Below are positions 17,646-27,531 of a stretch of 64,000 nucleotides of DNA, piece after piece (positions within the stretch are counted from its first letter, which is position 1; every line of letters begins with the position of its first letter). The translations under genes were made by a program, and so were the position numbers. The DNA is from a virus. The notes beneath the pieces are model-generated. The model was not told the DNA's origin and ran no database searches. It worked only from the letters and a program-made list of their open reading frames with translations. The stretch is taken from positions 39,869 to 103,868 of IMG/VR virus record IMGVR_UViG_3300008050_000024. The stretch is one strand, 5' to 3'.

Positions 17646-17830
17646 GCAATGATCCTTTAATCAAAAATTGCGACTCTGTTGAGGAGGCCCTCAACTTCAT
17701 AGCCCAGCATCAACACAAGTATCAAAGTGCCTCCCAGACGCCATTACAGGGAGGCCGAGTGAGGGCAACACTATCTGGAAGAAAGCCTGACAAAGATCCA
17801 GACCTAATTCCTCTATGGGAACAGACGTGA
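17642..17830 (+). CDS. Small hypothetical protein
   Basis: ATGA overlap, SD AGGAG. Confidence 0.5.
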   Translation: MSNDPLIKNCDSVEEALNFIAQHQHKYQSASQTPLQGGRVRATLSGRKPDKDPDLIPLWEQT

Positions 17831-18321
17831 TGGGAAGTGAAACGAAGGTTCCACCGCCCTCCGGGGCAATGCATAAAGCATTCCGTGATTTCTTTTCTGA
17901 AAACCCAGAAATGAAGGACATAAAATCTACGGACATTATCACGACGGCAATGAACCTCCCATCCAATCGCTGGGACTTAGCCTTAGAACTACTTAGGCGA
18001 GAACGGGACAAACAAGAAAGAGAAGACGCTGAACTAGAAAACACGTTCAAACTCCTGGAAAATTATGCAAAAAACCACGACAGGGGTTGCTACCTCTTCA
18101 ACTATACAGCTTGGAACGCTGTAAAGTATTTACAAAAAACGAAGGAAGAGCCTATTGCTCATCCTTTTGGAATGGGGGCTGTATTTCTCCCGGACGAATT
18201 TGATGCTCTATTCACAGTAGAGTACATGCTTGAAAGTTATTTTATTGAAACGCCCTGTAGTTTACACCCAGGGGTTAAGTTAGTATCACTGTCCTCAAAA
18301 GGACATGCTTGGGCCAGATAA
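17815..18321 (+). CDS. Hypothetical protein
   Basis: Tightly packed ORF; start probably about 17827-17830. Confidence 0.55.
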   Translation: MGTDVMGSETKVPPPSGAMHKAFRDFFSENPEMKDIKSTDIITTAMNLPSNRWDLALELLRRERDKQEREDAELENTFKLLENYAKNHDRGCYLFNYTAWNAVKYLQKTKEEPIAHPFGMGAVFLPDEFDALFTVEYMLESYFIETPCSLHPGVKLVSLSSKGHAWAR

Positions 18322-19076
18322 GGAGGATCCAACAAATGGAAAGAGCTAAAGAAAAAGGCACAGAACAAACCAAAGAGGCACCAAAAGTTCCGGAAGGGGA
18401 AAGAGAGATAACGCTATCAGAAGGTTACTCCTTAATGGAAACGGGTAATGCGATGATGCTCCACTATGCCGGAGGCGCATTCTTATCCGCTATACCTAAA
18501 GGCGAAGTGCCTGAAGGCTTCGAAACCCGGGAACACTTTGTAGAGGCTACGAAAAGAAAAGCTAAGATGACACAAATAATCATGGATCATCTGGAAAGTC
18601 TTACCAAGCAAATCATCGGCGTAGTACACAGAACCAAAATTACCATCCCAGGAGAGCCCGAACAGGTGTCCATTGCACAGGCTACATCTTTAATGGATTC
18701 TAAGTCCTGGGCGCAGAAACTCTACACTTCTTTGGAAAACCAGAGAGAGCAAACCAAAAAAGCGGGAGTGGAAGCCCAGGAAGAAATTCTTAAAGGGTTT
18801 GAAACCGCAGTTAAGGACTGGAGAAAAGGAGAATCGGGCGGTGACCCTAAAGTAGCAACAGCGCTTGGAGAACTCCGAAAGACGTACCAAAACCAGTACC
18901 AGATAGACGTACTGGACCCAGCAGGCGTTGATGCTTGGAAAGATCGCTTGAAGACAGTGTTTGTTTCTCACATTGTTCCAGTCAGCCGCGCCCTACAGGA
19001 CTCAAAGGAAAACACGAAATTGCAGATCAGTGAGCTGACATACAATCTCCTCAAGGGCCTGATTTTACCAGCGTAA
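18309..19076 (+). CDS. Hypothetical helical protein (start probably 18336)
   Basis: Long ORF; SD AAGGAGG before MERAKE. Confidence 0.6.
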   Translation: MGQIRRIQQMERAKEKGTEQTKEAPKVPEGEREITLSEGYSLMETGNAMMLHYAGGAFLSAIPKGEVPEGFETREHFVEATKRKAKMTQIIMDHLESLTKQIIGVVHRTKITIPGEPEQVSIAQATSLMDSKSWAQKLYTSLENQREQTKKAGVEAQEEILKGFETAVKDWRKGESGGDPKVATALGELRKTYQNQYQIDVLDPAGVDAWKDRLKTVFVSHIVPVSRALQDSKENTKLQISELTYNLLKGLILPA

Positions 19077-19102
19077 TTTTTCATCTTTAAAAAAGGACAT
19101 AC

Positions 19103-21142
19103 ATGATAAACGACACACCTTGGTTATCGTTCAAACTCGACGATAGCTTTATCGCACAGTATACAGACATAAATCCCGATCTGGGATTTGACGGGCTTGG
19201 CGCTTTTGTTTTTGCCCGGACCTACAGCAGATTAAAAGAAGACGGATCCAAGGAGTCGTTTGTCGATGTAATCCGAAGATGCGCGGAAGGAAGCTACTCC
19301 CTCCAAAAAGACCACATCATAAGCAACTGCTTAGGGTGGAACGAGGAAAAAGCACAGTTGAGTGCCCAGGTCATGTTTGATCATATGTACAATTTACGAT
19401 TCCTGCCAGCAGGAAGAGGGTTGTGGATGATGGGAACTGAGTACGCACATACTCGGAATCCTATGGGGCTATTCAACTGTGCTTTTGTCTCTACCGAAGA
19501 AATTGAGATTGAATCAATCCGCCCATTCACTTTCCTGATGGATGTGTCGATGGTCGGCGTTGGTTGTGGGTTTGATACAAAAGGTGCAAACAAAATGAAA
19601 ATGCACAAAGTGCAGAAGGACACTCCTCGAGGCACTTTTGTAATACCCGATTGCCGGGAAGGGTGGATTGATTCTTTAGCGCTTACAATGCGCCCCTATT
19701 TCACGGGCAATGATGCCACTTATGCTTTCGACTATTCTAAAATAAGAAAGAAAGGAGAGCTTATTAAAGGGTTTGGCGGGATTGCTGGAGGGCACGAACC
19801 CTTAGAACAAATGCACAAGGACATTAAGGAGGTATTAGATCGCCGTAGCCTGTCCGAAAATCCACTTTTAACTTCCCGGGACATCGTAGACATCATGAAT
19901 ATGATAGGTTCCTGTGTAGTCGCCGGTTCAGTACGCAGAACAGCCGAGATTGCTATCGGGGATCCCGACGATGAAGTTTTCCTAAATCTCAAAAATTATG
20001 ACATAAACCCTGATCGCCAAAACTACGGTCGATTCAGCAATAATTCCGTGTTTTCCACAGTCGGCATGAATTACTCGAAACTCGTCCCACGTACACTGGT
20101 CAACGGGGAACCGGGATACATTTGGTTAGACAACGTGCAGGCCTACGGTCGAATGTGTGATCCTCCGGACTACCGAGATAGAAATGCCCGGGGTTGTAAT
20201 CCCTGCGGAGAGCAATCACTCGAAAGCTGGGAAGTATGCAACCTTGTAGAAATCTTCCCACCAAATGTAGAGGATGAAGAGACGTTCATCGATGTTATCA
20301 AATATGCCTATCTTTACGGGAAGACAGTAACCCTGACCAAAACGCACATAGAGGAGACCAACCGAGTCCAGCACAAGAACAGAAGGATCGGTGTAGGCTT
20401 ATCTGGCTTAGCTATTTTCCGAGAACAGCACGGCATCGACGCTATGGTACATTGGATGACCCGAGGCTACGGACGCATTAAGTATTATGATGACGTATAT
20501 TCCAAATGGCTCGGGATCCCCTCATCCATAAAAACAACAACGATCAAGCCCTCTGGAACTGTGTCACTGGTTGCCGGCGTATCCGCAGGGATACACTACC
20601 CTCTATCCCCCTTTTACACAAAAAATATCCGGATGTCCGATAACAACCCTTTGACACAATGGGCTAAGGATAGTGGCTTTAAAATTGAACCCGAGATCAC
20701 ACATGAGCAAAACGAAGAAGGAGATTGGGTCCCTACAGGGAAAAGCAAAGATACCGTAGTTATTTCTTTTCCTGTTAAGATGCCCAATACAAAAAACATG
20801 AGAGGACGTGGTGAAGTTTCAGTATGGGAACAATTCAAATTGGTTGACCTCGCCCAACGCTATTGGAGTGATAATCAAGTCTCCTGTACAGTGTCCTTCC
20901 TAGACTCCGAAGAAGACGATGTTTTGCGAGCCCTGGAAATGTATGATCGAGACTTAAAGACAATCAGCTTTCTACGGTTTGATGCCGGGATATCTCCACA
21001 AATGCCGGAACAAGGGATATCCGAACAAGAGTACGATACAATGATTAAAGATATCACCCTTAGACCCCTGTATGATTATGAACTAAAAGATGCAGAAGGC
21101 GAATTGGGATGCACTAAAGACACCTGCTCTTTGGATAACTAG
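19103..21142 (+). CDS. nrdJ: Class II (adenosylcobalamin-dependent) ribonucleotide reductase, monomeric RTPR type
   Basis: PAGRGLW, LFNCAF, GVGCGFD, VVAGSVRRTAEI, NPCGEQ...CNLVE, TTIKPSGTVS, DNQVSCT, C-terminal CxxxxC; no nrdB in the window. Confidence 0.93.
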   Translation: MINDTPWLSFKLDDSFIAQYTDINPDLGFDGLGAFVFARTYSRLKEDGSKESFVDVIRRCAEGSYSLQKDHIISNCLGWNEEKAQLSAQVMFDHMYNLRFLPAGRGLWMMGTEYAHTRNPMGLFNCAFVSTEEIEIESIRPFTFLMDVSMVGVGCGFDTKGANKMKMHKVQKDTPRGTFVIPDCREGWIDSLALTMRPYFTGNDATYAFDYSKIRKKGELIKGFGGIAGGHEPLEQMHKDIKEVLDRRSLSENPLLTSRDIVDIMNMIGSCVVAGSVRRTAEIAIGDPDDEVFLNLKNYDINPDRQNYGRFSNNSVFSTVGMNYSKLVPRTLVNGEPGYIWLDNVQAYGRMCDPPDYRDRNARGCNPCGEQSLESWEVCNLVEIFPPNVEDEETFIDVIKYAYLYGKTVTLTKTHIEETNRVQHKNRRIGVGLSGLAIFREQHGIDAMVHWMTRGYGRIKYYDDVYSKWLGIPSSIKTTTIKPSGTVSLVAGVSAGIHYPLSPFYTKNIRMSDNNPLTQWAKDSGFKIEPEITHEQNEEGDWVPTGKSKDTVVISFPVKMPNTKNMRGRGEVSVWEQFKLVDLAQRYWSDNQVSCTVSFLDSEEDDVLRALEMYDRDLKTISFLRFDAGISPQMPEQGISEQEYDTMIKDITLRPLYDYELKDAEGELGCTKDTCSLDN

Positions 21143-21158
21143 ATTTCTATTAAATGTA

Positions 21159-21188
21159 TTGACCCAGCACACGACCTACATTTAACAT
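21159..21188 (+). promoter_or_regulatory. Possible sigma70-like promoter
   Basis: TTGACC-N18-TAACAT in intergenic gap. Confidence 0.35.
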
Positions 21189-21214
21189 TAGTACAAAGTA
21201 CAAAGGTTAATATA

Positions 21215-21604
21215 GTGTCTAATCATTTTAAACCACAGTCCGATAGCATTGACCGCAAAAGGGTTACCATATTCCTTTCCGACGAAGGCATTCGAGATTT
21301 AATGGAAAGGCGAGCGGCCGAGGAAGGCGTGGAATTAAATGTCTGGATTCGTGAAGTCTTAAAAAGTGCAACAGGAAAAGAAACACAAAACACCAACGAC
21401 ATCACACGGAACTCGGCTGTATGGCAAGAAGTGATGACTAATGTGCTTACGGGTTCCTTTGATAAAATGCTATTCACAGATGTGCTGTGTAAAATGCTTA
21501 TGGTACACTGTGATCCTGACCTGTGGAGTAAATGTGTGTCCCTGTCATTAAAAACAATGATGACTAATAAAAAAGAAGGAGACGGCTGTGGTAAAGACTC
21601 TTGA
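21215..21604 (+). CDS. Putative ribbon-helix-helix regulator
   Basis: RVTIFLSD...RRAAEEGVELNVWIREVL is a typical RHH pattern. Confidence 0.55.
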   Translation: MSNHFKPQSDSIDRKRVTIFLSDEGIRDLMERRAAEEGVELNVWIREVLKSATGKETQNTNDITRNSAVWQEVMTNVLTGSFDKMLFTDVLCKMLMVHCDPDLWSKCVSLSLKTMMTNKKEGDGCGKDS

Positions 21605-21866
21605 TGGCTTGTTGAAGAACAAGGAATTGTTCACTGCTCCCGACAATCGGAAGAACCGCAGGAAAAAGCAACAAAAACTAAAAGCATCGCAACAAAAATT
21701 AAATGACCAAGCCCATCGAATCAATTTATTCGTACAACGGCGTGGAAAAGATCTACCAACTAATCTTGACGCAGGAGATAACAAAGATGACGAAAACAAC
21801 CCCGATAGAGATTCACTACCGAGACCTGGAAGTGAAGAAGATGTACATCGAAAACGGCGGAATTAA
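21588..21866 (+). CDS. Small basic hypothetical protein
   Basis: SD AAGGAG; overlaps the dUTPase start. Confidence 0.4.
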   Translation: MVKTLDGLLKNKELFTAPDNRKNRRKKQQKLKASQQKLNDQAHRINLFVQRRGKDLPTNLDAGDNKDDENNPDRDSLPRPGSEEDVHRKRRN

Positions 21867-22323
21867 AACAGACGGATCAACCGGATTTGACCTCTTGCTT
21901 GAAAAAGACGTTCGTTTGCTGGGAACATCCGCACTACTCCCTCCCACTTGGCGTCCCTTGCGATTCATGGCGGAATTCGGTGTTGTAGTTCGAGTACCCA
22001 GAGACACCACCCTCTTGCTTATGCCTCGTTCCTCTACGTTTAATCGTTACAATTTAATGCAGGGCAATTCCCTGGGATTGATTGATAACGACTACTGCGG
22101 AGAAGGCGACTTCCTAAAAACTACCTGCATTTGGTTTCCTCATATAGGAGAAGTGGGCGAGCAGGATGGCTTCCGAGAAATGCACAATCCAGAGAACCTC
22201 ACAATTCCCAAAGGGACTGCCATGTTCCAATTGTTTTGTGTCAAAAAGTGCATGATCGAACTGATAGGCGATTTTACTCCCGACAATAAATCCCGGGGTG
22301 GTTTTGGGTCTACTGGAGTTTAA
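21787..22323 (+). CDS. dut: Trimeric dUTPase
   Basis: STGFDL, PRSS, GLIDNDY, FQL, RGGFGSTG; ATG 21787 has SD AGGAG. Confidence 0.92.
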   Translation: MTKTTPIEIHYRDLEVKKMYIENGGIKTDGSTGFDLLLEKDVRLLGTSALLPPTWRPLRFMAEFGVVVRVPRDTTLLLMPRSSTFNRYNLMQGNSLGLIDNDYCGEGDFLKTTCIWFPHIGEVGEQDGFREMHNPENLTIPKGTAMFQLFCVKKCMIELIGDFTPDNKSRGGFGSTGV

Positions 22324-22327
22324 TCAT

Positions 22328-22990
22328 ATGAATTTGCGCCGAACCTGCTATGAAGCAATGCACGACATCATTACCACGTTGGTGCGGTACGATGTGCACA
22401 AAGCACACGACATAGCCGAACCCTATCGTAAAAGCCTACAAAGTATGCCCATACTCGACAACACATACGACGGCAATCTGCTTATCCTTACTCTGTACTG
22501 GTCTTGGATCCCTGCCTTATGTTTTGACGAAGTATGTGCTAATAAAGCCATTGAGAAGTTAAGCCTAAAAAGAGGACGACTTTCTTTTAATATGCTAGAA
22601 GAAATGGCACAAGCCCAAGACATCGAAGAGCCTCCAAACCCCGAACAACAAAAAACAATAGAAGAAATGATGTGCCATCGTTGGGATGTTCAACACTATT
22701 TAAGAAGATCCGCTATGGGATTGCTTGAACAGTCGACTCGTGCACTTATCATAGGACTGACAGAACCCAGCAAGAGGATGCAAGCCTGGGTGCACAGACC
22801 TATGATGTTGGACAATGCGATATTCCTAGCAAATACGTATAATTTCACCATAATGTCCCGCCTGGGATCACTGTGTGAACTAGGATCAAATCACATCATA
22901 CAAAATAACAAGCGATACACTAAGGAAAAACTGCACACCAGATTAGAAAGCACAGTAGAAGAAAATGAAGCAAAGGAGTGTGCGAAATGA
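22328..22990 (+). CDS. Hypothetical protein
   Basis: Long ORF directly after dut. Confidence 0.55.
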   Translation: MNLRRTCYEAMHDIITTLVRYDVHKAHDIAEPYRKSLQSMPILDNTYDGNLLILTLYWSWIPALCFDEVCANKAIEKLSLKRGRLSFNMLEEMAQAQDIEEPPNPEQQKTIEEMMCHRWDVQHYLRRSAMGLLEQSTRALIIGLTEPSKRMQAWVHRPMMLDNAIFLANTYNFTIMSRLGSLCELGSNHIIQNNKRYTKEKLHTRLESTVEENEAKECAK

Positions 22991-23217
22991 CGACACCTAC
23001 AATAGACAACAAAGTGAAACTGCCCGTAGCTATTTTCTGCGATTCTGGGACAATGGCTAAATTCCGAAAGATTTGCAGAAAGAATAGATTTTCGTATTCT
23101 TTCATGTTGTACAAACTGATGATGATGTTCTGTTCAATGTCACAGGAGGACATAGATAAACTCATCCTTTTAAAGGCCGAAAATTCGGACGATCCGACTC
23201 CAGACACTACTACGTAA
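22978..23217 (+). CDS. Small hypothetical protein
   Basis: Coupled ORF with SD AAGGAG. Confidence 0.5.
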   Translation: MCEMTTPTIDNKVKLPVAIFCDSGTMAKFRKICRKNRFSYSFMLYKLMMMFCSMSQEDIDKLILLKAENSDDPTPDTTT

Positions 23218-23251
23218 GCAATTTAAGGATTCTTCACAAAATAAGACAGCC

Positions 23252-23929
23252 ATGTTTGACACAAAGCCTACATACCACAAAGGAACGTATCCCATGGACA
23301 GAATAACAGAACTTTTTCAACAAGTAATGGGCAAAGGCTACTCAGATCAACTGTTTCCCGATGGATCTACTCCGTATCTTCACCTGGAACTCCAAATGAA
23401 AATGTTTCAAGATACTCTAATCTACGGGTTAGATTACATCTCATATCAAGCTATCCCTTCTCTAGCCCGCTTTTGTGGTTACATGGAAGGGATCATGGCC
23501 TGTGAACCTCCCAAAGAAGACACTGAGGCCATCATCTATACAGTCAAAAAATACGCTCAAGTCTATCTACAACCTAACGAGTTAGCTACTTTTCAAAAGT
23601 ATCAAACAGAAATAGCCCTCTGGTGTTCAACTGAGCCTCCGCCTGTTCCTGCCACAATAAACACCGACAGTGAACTCGTCCCATGGCTAAACTGGTTCTG
23701 CTCCCACATCACAACCATGTATGAAGATGCCCTAAAAAGAACGGGATATCCACCAGCGACTGTGGAACTTGTCATTCTAAGAGATTTTGTCAATGCACTT
23801 GTTTTTGGTCTTACTTCCAATACACTGTGCTGGTTAGAAGCTACCCCGTCTCTAGACCCGGCCGAGTTACAAGAACTATCGAACAGCCTCCAAACACCCA
23901 AAGAAACGAATGTCAGCATTGTAAACTAA
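23252..23929 (+). CDS. Hypothetical protein
   Basis: 225-aa ORF on the coding strand. Confidence 0.55.
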   Translation: MFDTKPTYHKGTYPMDRITELFQQVMGKGYSDQLFPDGSTPYLHLELQMKMFQDTLIYGLDYISYQAIPSLARFCGYMEGIMACEPPKEDTEAIIYTVKKYAQVYLQPNELATFQKYQTEIALWCSTEPPPVPATINTDSELVPWLNWFCSHITTMYEDALKRTGYPPATVELVILRDFVNALVFGLTSNTLCWLEATPSLDPAELQELSNSLQTPKETNVSIVN

Positions 23930-23939
23930 AGGACATCGC

Positions 23940-24179
23940 ATGCCTACCAGAGAATACCTCAAAAGAGAAGGAAAACTGACTACAGAACAACGTGTGCTCG
24001 CTAATCTAAGCACTGTTACCTACATTGCTACAGACACATTAGCAAAACGAGTCCACAAAAGCGAACCCAGTGTCTTTGGTGTGCTGCAAAGACTATTAGC
24101 AGAAGGTAGAATAGAAAAGAAAAAAGAAGGAAAGTCCTATTGGCGATTAATCAAAAAACAGGAGGAACAAAAGTGTTAG
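23940..24179 (+). CDS. Small winged-helix DNA-binding protein
   Basis: TDTLAKRV...SVFGVLQRLLAEGRIEK...YWRL wHTH pattern. Confidence 0.6.
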   Translation: MPTREYLKREGKLTTEQRVLANLSTVTYIATDTLAKRVHKSEPSVFGVLQRLLAEGRIEKKKEGKSYWRLIKKQEEQKC

Positions 24180-25144
24180 AAAAAAGCATACAGGAGTTGA
24201 AAGGAAAAATTATCCCCGTACTAGACGACGGGCACATCGTCGTTAAAGAAGTGATGGGGGATTTGCAACTTATCGTAGATGCAGCCCGACAATCATACGG
24301 ACAAGGCACCACAAAAATAAGTGACGATGTCAACCTCATGCGGTATCTCCTGCGCCATCGACACACCACACCCTTTGAAATGCCAACAATTGTCCTCCAC
24401 TTCCGGATACCCATGGATGCTTGGCGCCAACTAATCCGACACAGAACCGCCTCTGTTAATGAATACTCTACCCGATACTCCATTGCCATCGATTCTGCCC
24501 AGACAACAGCAGCAGGCGATTGGCGTATGCAAAGTCAAAGCAATAAACAAGGGAGTGCCCTAGAGTTCCTTCCCAAAGAGCAAGGAGAACAACTATCAAA
24601 ACAGGAAGCAAGGCTACAAGCCTTTGCTCGAGAAGTGTACCAAGAACGTATTGATGCCGGAGTAGCCCGAGAACAGGCACGCAAGGATCTTCCATTGAGT
24701 ACGTACACTGAAGCAATGTGGAAAATGGACTTGCACAATCTACTCCATTTCTTAGGTCTCCGTATGGACTTGCATGCACAATGGGAAATCAGGCAGTATG
24801 CTAACATTATTGGCGAGATCGTGGCACTATGGGTCCCGGAAGTCTGGGAGGCGTTTGTAGACTATCGCCTGTGCGCCACGTCAGTGTCTAAAAGGGCCCA
24901 AAATACTATTTCCAGTATGTACGAAATGCAAGAAGCCGAAAGAGGAATAATGAAATCGGCCATGATCGAAGGAATCATGAAAAACCTCATTGAGTGGAAA
25001 TGGTGGAGTGTCAAGAATCACCGTCCTTCAAAAAAGAGCCGGGAGTATTTGGAATTTTTAGAATTAGCTAAATCGATGGGACTAGCTTCAATGGTAGAGT
25101 CAGGCATGGAGATCCTGCGAACACAGCTCAGAAAGCATTGGTAA
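24173..25144 (+). CDS. thyX: FAD-dependent thymidylate synthase ThyX
   Basis: AARQSY, HTTPFE, RHRTASVNEYSTRY (RHRx7S), EQAR, HAQWEIR; GTG 24173 with SD GGAGG. Confidence 0.95.
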   Translation: MLEKSIQELKGKIIPVLDDGHIVVKEVMGDLQLIVDAARQSYGQGTTKISDDVNLMRYLLRHRHTTPFEMPTIVLHFRIPMDAWRQLIRHRTASVNEYSTRYSIAIDSAQTTAAGDWRMQSQSNKQGSALEFLPKEQGEQLSKQEARLQAFAREVYQERIDAGVAREQARKDLPLSTYTEAMWKMDLHNLLHFLGLRMDLHAQWEIRQYANIIGEIVALWVPEVWEAFVDYRLCATSVSKRAQNTISSMYEMQEAERGIMKSAMIEGIMKNLIEWKWWSVKNHRPSKKSREYLEFLELAKSMGLASMVESGMEILRTQLRKHW

Positions 25145-25147
25145 AAA

Positions 25148-25483
25148 ATGAGCAACCAACAAAAGAAACGACAAAAGAAAAGAACTCTACGGCAACAGGC
25201 GTTCCTTGCTGTAGGTGGTAGACGGATCCAGCGCCACATCGATGTTTTGACTGATCAAAACAAGACCAAAGAAGCGCACGAACTAACACTCGCATTGGAT
25301 ATTAAGATCAAAACGTGGATAACCAATCACGGACACAAAACCCAGAATGACATAAAGAAAGAACACAGCGAATACCATAAAGGACATCAACTTGCGGTGT
25401 TTCTTTGTTTTGTTGGTGGGGTAGGGGTCATTGCGGTAGGAATATATCTTCTGCAGCTTATTAACACTAAGACACTATACTAA
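25148..25483 (+). CDS. Hypothetical protein with C-terminal transmembrane helix
   Basis: LAVFLCFVGGVGVIAVGIYLL hydrophobic segment. Confidence 0.55.
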   Translation: MSNQQKKRQKKRTLRQQAFLAVGGRRIQRHIDVLTDQNKTKEAHELTLALDIKIKTWITNHGHKTQNDIKKEHSEYHKGHQLAVFLCFVGGVGVIAVGIYLLQLINTKTLY

Positions 25484-25492
25484 GGAACTGAA

Positions 25493-25978
25493 ATGAATTT
25501 TAAGACACGTGACTACATTTTAGCCGATTTCAGTAGTACAGTTCCGAATTTGACAATAAGACAAATACAACATCTGCGAAAAACTGGATTGATCATTGGG
25601 GAGTGTACGGGAAAAACAGATGCGCTACAGTATACACTGCTAGATGCCCTTGTTTGTCATCTAGTTTCTCAACTCCGAGTCAAAGGATTTTCCTTACAGA
25701 AGATCCGCCCCTGGATTGTAAAGATTCGAGCCTCACTTAAACGCAGAGTAGAAGAACCTCTTTTTCGAGAAGACTCGATAACTGTAATAATAGGAGGAGG
25801 CCATCTTTGTCTTTTCATATCAGATGGATTTGAATCCCTGGTCGATTCTCCCGTTTTAGAGTTTGCTCACATCCCATCCATTAGACAAATGCGAAAAGAT
25901 TTACTGCGCCAAGTAGCAGCTCGAAGAAAGTCATATCGTAAAGGAACGGAGCCTGTATATAATGTGCCTGCCTGGTAG
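25493..25978 (+). CDS. MerR-type HTH regulator
   Basis: TIRQIQHLRKTGLI...YTLLD...LRVKGFSLQKIR. Confidence 0.65.
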   Translation: MNFKTRDYILADFSSTVPNLTIRQIQHLRKTGLIIGECTGKTDALQYTLLDALVCHLVSQLRVKGFSLQKIRPWIVKIRASLKRRVEEPLFREDSITVIIGGGHLCLFISDGFESLVDSPVLEFAHIPSIRQMRKDLLRQVAARRKSYRKGTEPVYNVPAW

Positions 25979-26396
25979 ACCATATCCCGACCGTGCAAAA
26001 ACCATAGAAGAAGCAGCTAAACGCATCGTACTAGGAGCGCGCCATCTACGATCCTTTCCTACTTGGGTTTTTACTATGGTGATTCCCTTAGTGTCTGATA
26101 TACGGAAAGAAGATATGGGTCCCTGTACCGATTTTGCTTGGAATCGAGGAAAGGCTGTTGTGTTATTACACTGGCTAGAACAATGCGCCAGTGATCTTCT
26201 ACTGGCTAAAACACTTATAGGAACTTTTAATGATGTTCCTAGTATGACTCGAGAACAAGCTGTTTCCTTTTTAGCTAGTCGATTGGATCTACGCCACCGC
26301 AAAGAACACAACCACGATAAAAAGTGGGACTTGTCTCAAGATGAACTCCTGTGGCTCTTCACTCAACTAGAGTCCAAAGCAAATAACGACAGTTAA
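25962..26396 (+). CDS. Hypothetical protein
   Basis: Overlapping in-operon ORF. Confidence 0.5.
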   Translation: MCLPGRPYPDRAKTIEEAAKRIVLGARHLRSFPTWVFTMVIPLVSDIRKEDMGPCTDFAWNRGKAVVLLHWLEQCASDLLLAKTLIGTFNDVPSMTREQAVSFLASRLDLRHRKEHNHDKKWDLSQDELLWLFTQLESKANNDS

Positions 26397-26445
26397 GTCC
26401 TTCCTCTACTTTTTCAAATGATTTAAAATATATTTCCTTACCCTA

Positions 26446-26474
26446 TTGTAGATTGAAGAAATACCCGTTATACT
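26446..26474 (+). promoter_or_regulatory. Sigma70-like promoter
   Basis: TTGTAG-N17-TATACT with AT-rich upstream tract. Confidence 0.6.
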
Positions 26475-26521
26475 CAAGACATGGGTACGAATAACAATCA
26501 CACACAGCGGAAGGAAACAAA

Positions 26522-26761
26522 ATGAAAAAAGTGGGAAAAGTTTTGGTAAAAAATATTACAGGCTCCTCAAACGATGGAGTTTTATTTATGATGGAGTCTA
26601 ACGACTCCCGTATAGGAAACTCTTACGCGGTGCTGTCAGGCGGTTTACATTCACTGAAAAAGGGACTATTCACTGCCAACGGTACTACGTATAAGGTTCT
26701 TCCCGACTGGTCATTAAAAGAGTATGGCGCATACAAAGAATGGATAAAGGGGCTAGAATAG
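26522..26761 (+). CDS. Small hypothetical protein
   Basis: SD AAGGA; first gene after the promoter. Confidence 0.55.
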   Translation: MKKVGKVLVKNITGSSNDGVLFMMESNDSRIGNSYAVLSGGLHSLKKGLFTANGTTYKVLPDWSLKEYGAYKEWIKGLE

Positions 26762-26778
26762 GACGCAGAGGAGAGGAT

Positions 26779-27513
26779 ATGTCAGAACATTCGTTTTGCA
26801 GATTGTTACTAAAAACCACGATGACTGACGTTCGGAAACGGACGTCAGTACAGGAACGGAAACAATCGTGGGCGTACCGGTATGATGGAAGTTGTAGTGA
26901 TGCTGAATTCCACGGACCGCATGGCTTCTACGATCATTTTCGCGCCTGTTGCTTATACCACGCACGTGCCAAGGGTTGGATTGAATACATAAGTTGGTTA
27001 CACGACACAGAAAAAAATCCCATGATAAGATCAAGTCACCCCAGAACCGCCCCCAACGGATTGAAATGGGCTGGCAGTTCTTTCAAGAAACACGACTTTA
27101 CTGAAAAGATTACAGAAGGCCGGCTAATCATATACCTGGAACAAGAATACTCAAGTAATCATCCCCGAGGATACCACGCTAGTCTCGGCTTGGGTTTCCT
27201 CAATATCACTAGCGTACAAACCAATACAGACACGGGAGAAATCGCATACAAGTCCGTAGTCACTCCTGTCGGGGAATGCCGTTCAGATGCAATTAGGGTT
27301 CGAAACTTCGTACCCCTTGATCGTACCCAAAAATTTGATGAGAAAGTGATTAGTCACTGGCTCAAGCAAGAGTATCTGAACTACATACTTCTTGAACTAG
27401 TTCAAAAAATTGAAGGGAAAAAGTGTACGCTATACAGCGGGCAAGTCTTCTTCATAAAAAACGAAGAGCACGTCAAACAAATCAATCAAATGTTTATAAA
27501 AGCACCGAGTTAA
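26779..27513 (+). CDS. Hypothetical protein
   Basis: SD GAGG before ATG 26779. Confidence 0.55.
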   Translation: MSEHSFCRLLLKTTMTDVRKRTSVQERKQSWAYRYDGSCSDAEFHGPHGFYDHFRACCLYHARAKGWIEYISWLHDTEKNPMIRSSHPRTAPNGLKWAGSSFKKHDFTEKITEGRLIIYLEQEYSSNHPRGYHASLGLGFLNITSVQTNTDTGEIAYKSVVTPVGECRSDAIRVRNFVPLDRTQKFDEKVISHWLKQEYLNYILLELVQKIEGKKCTLYSGQVFFIKNEEHVKQINQMFIKAPS

Positions 27514-27531
27514 CCAAAGGAGAAAAACAGC

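Noticed and set aside
19103-21142. Intein or intron in nrdJ (also considered for polA and recA)
   Set aside because: Lengths are normal, motifs are contiguous, and no splice-junction or homing endonuclease motifs were seen.
25148-25483. Alternative holin candidate
   Set aside because: It has a TM helix but lies in the opposite-strand replication arm, far from the endolysin; not excluded, but context does not support it.
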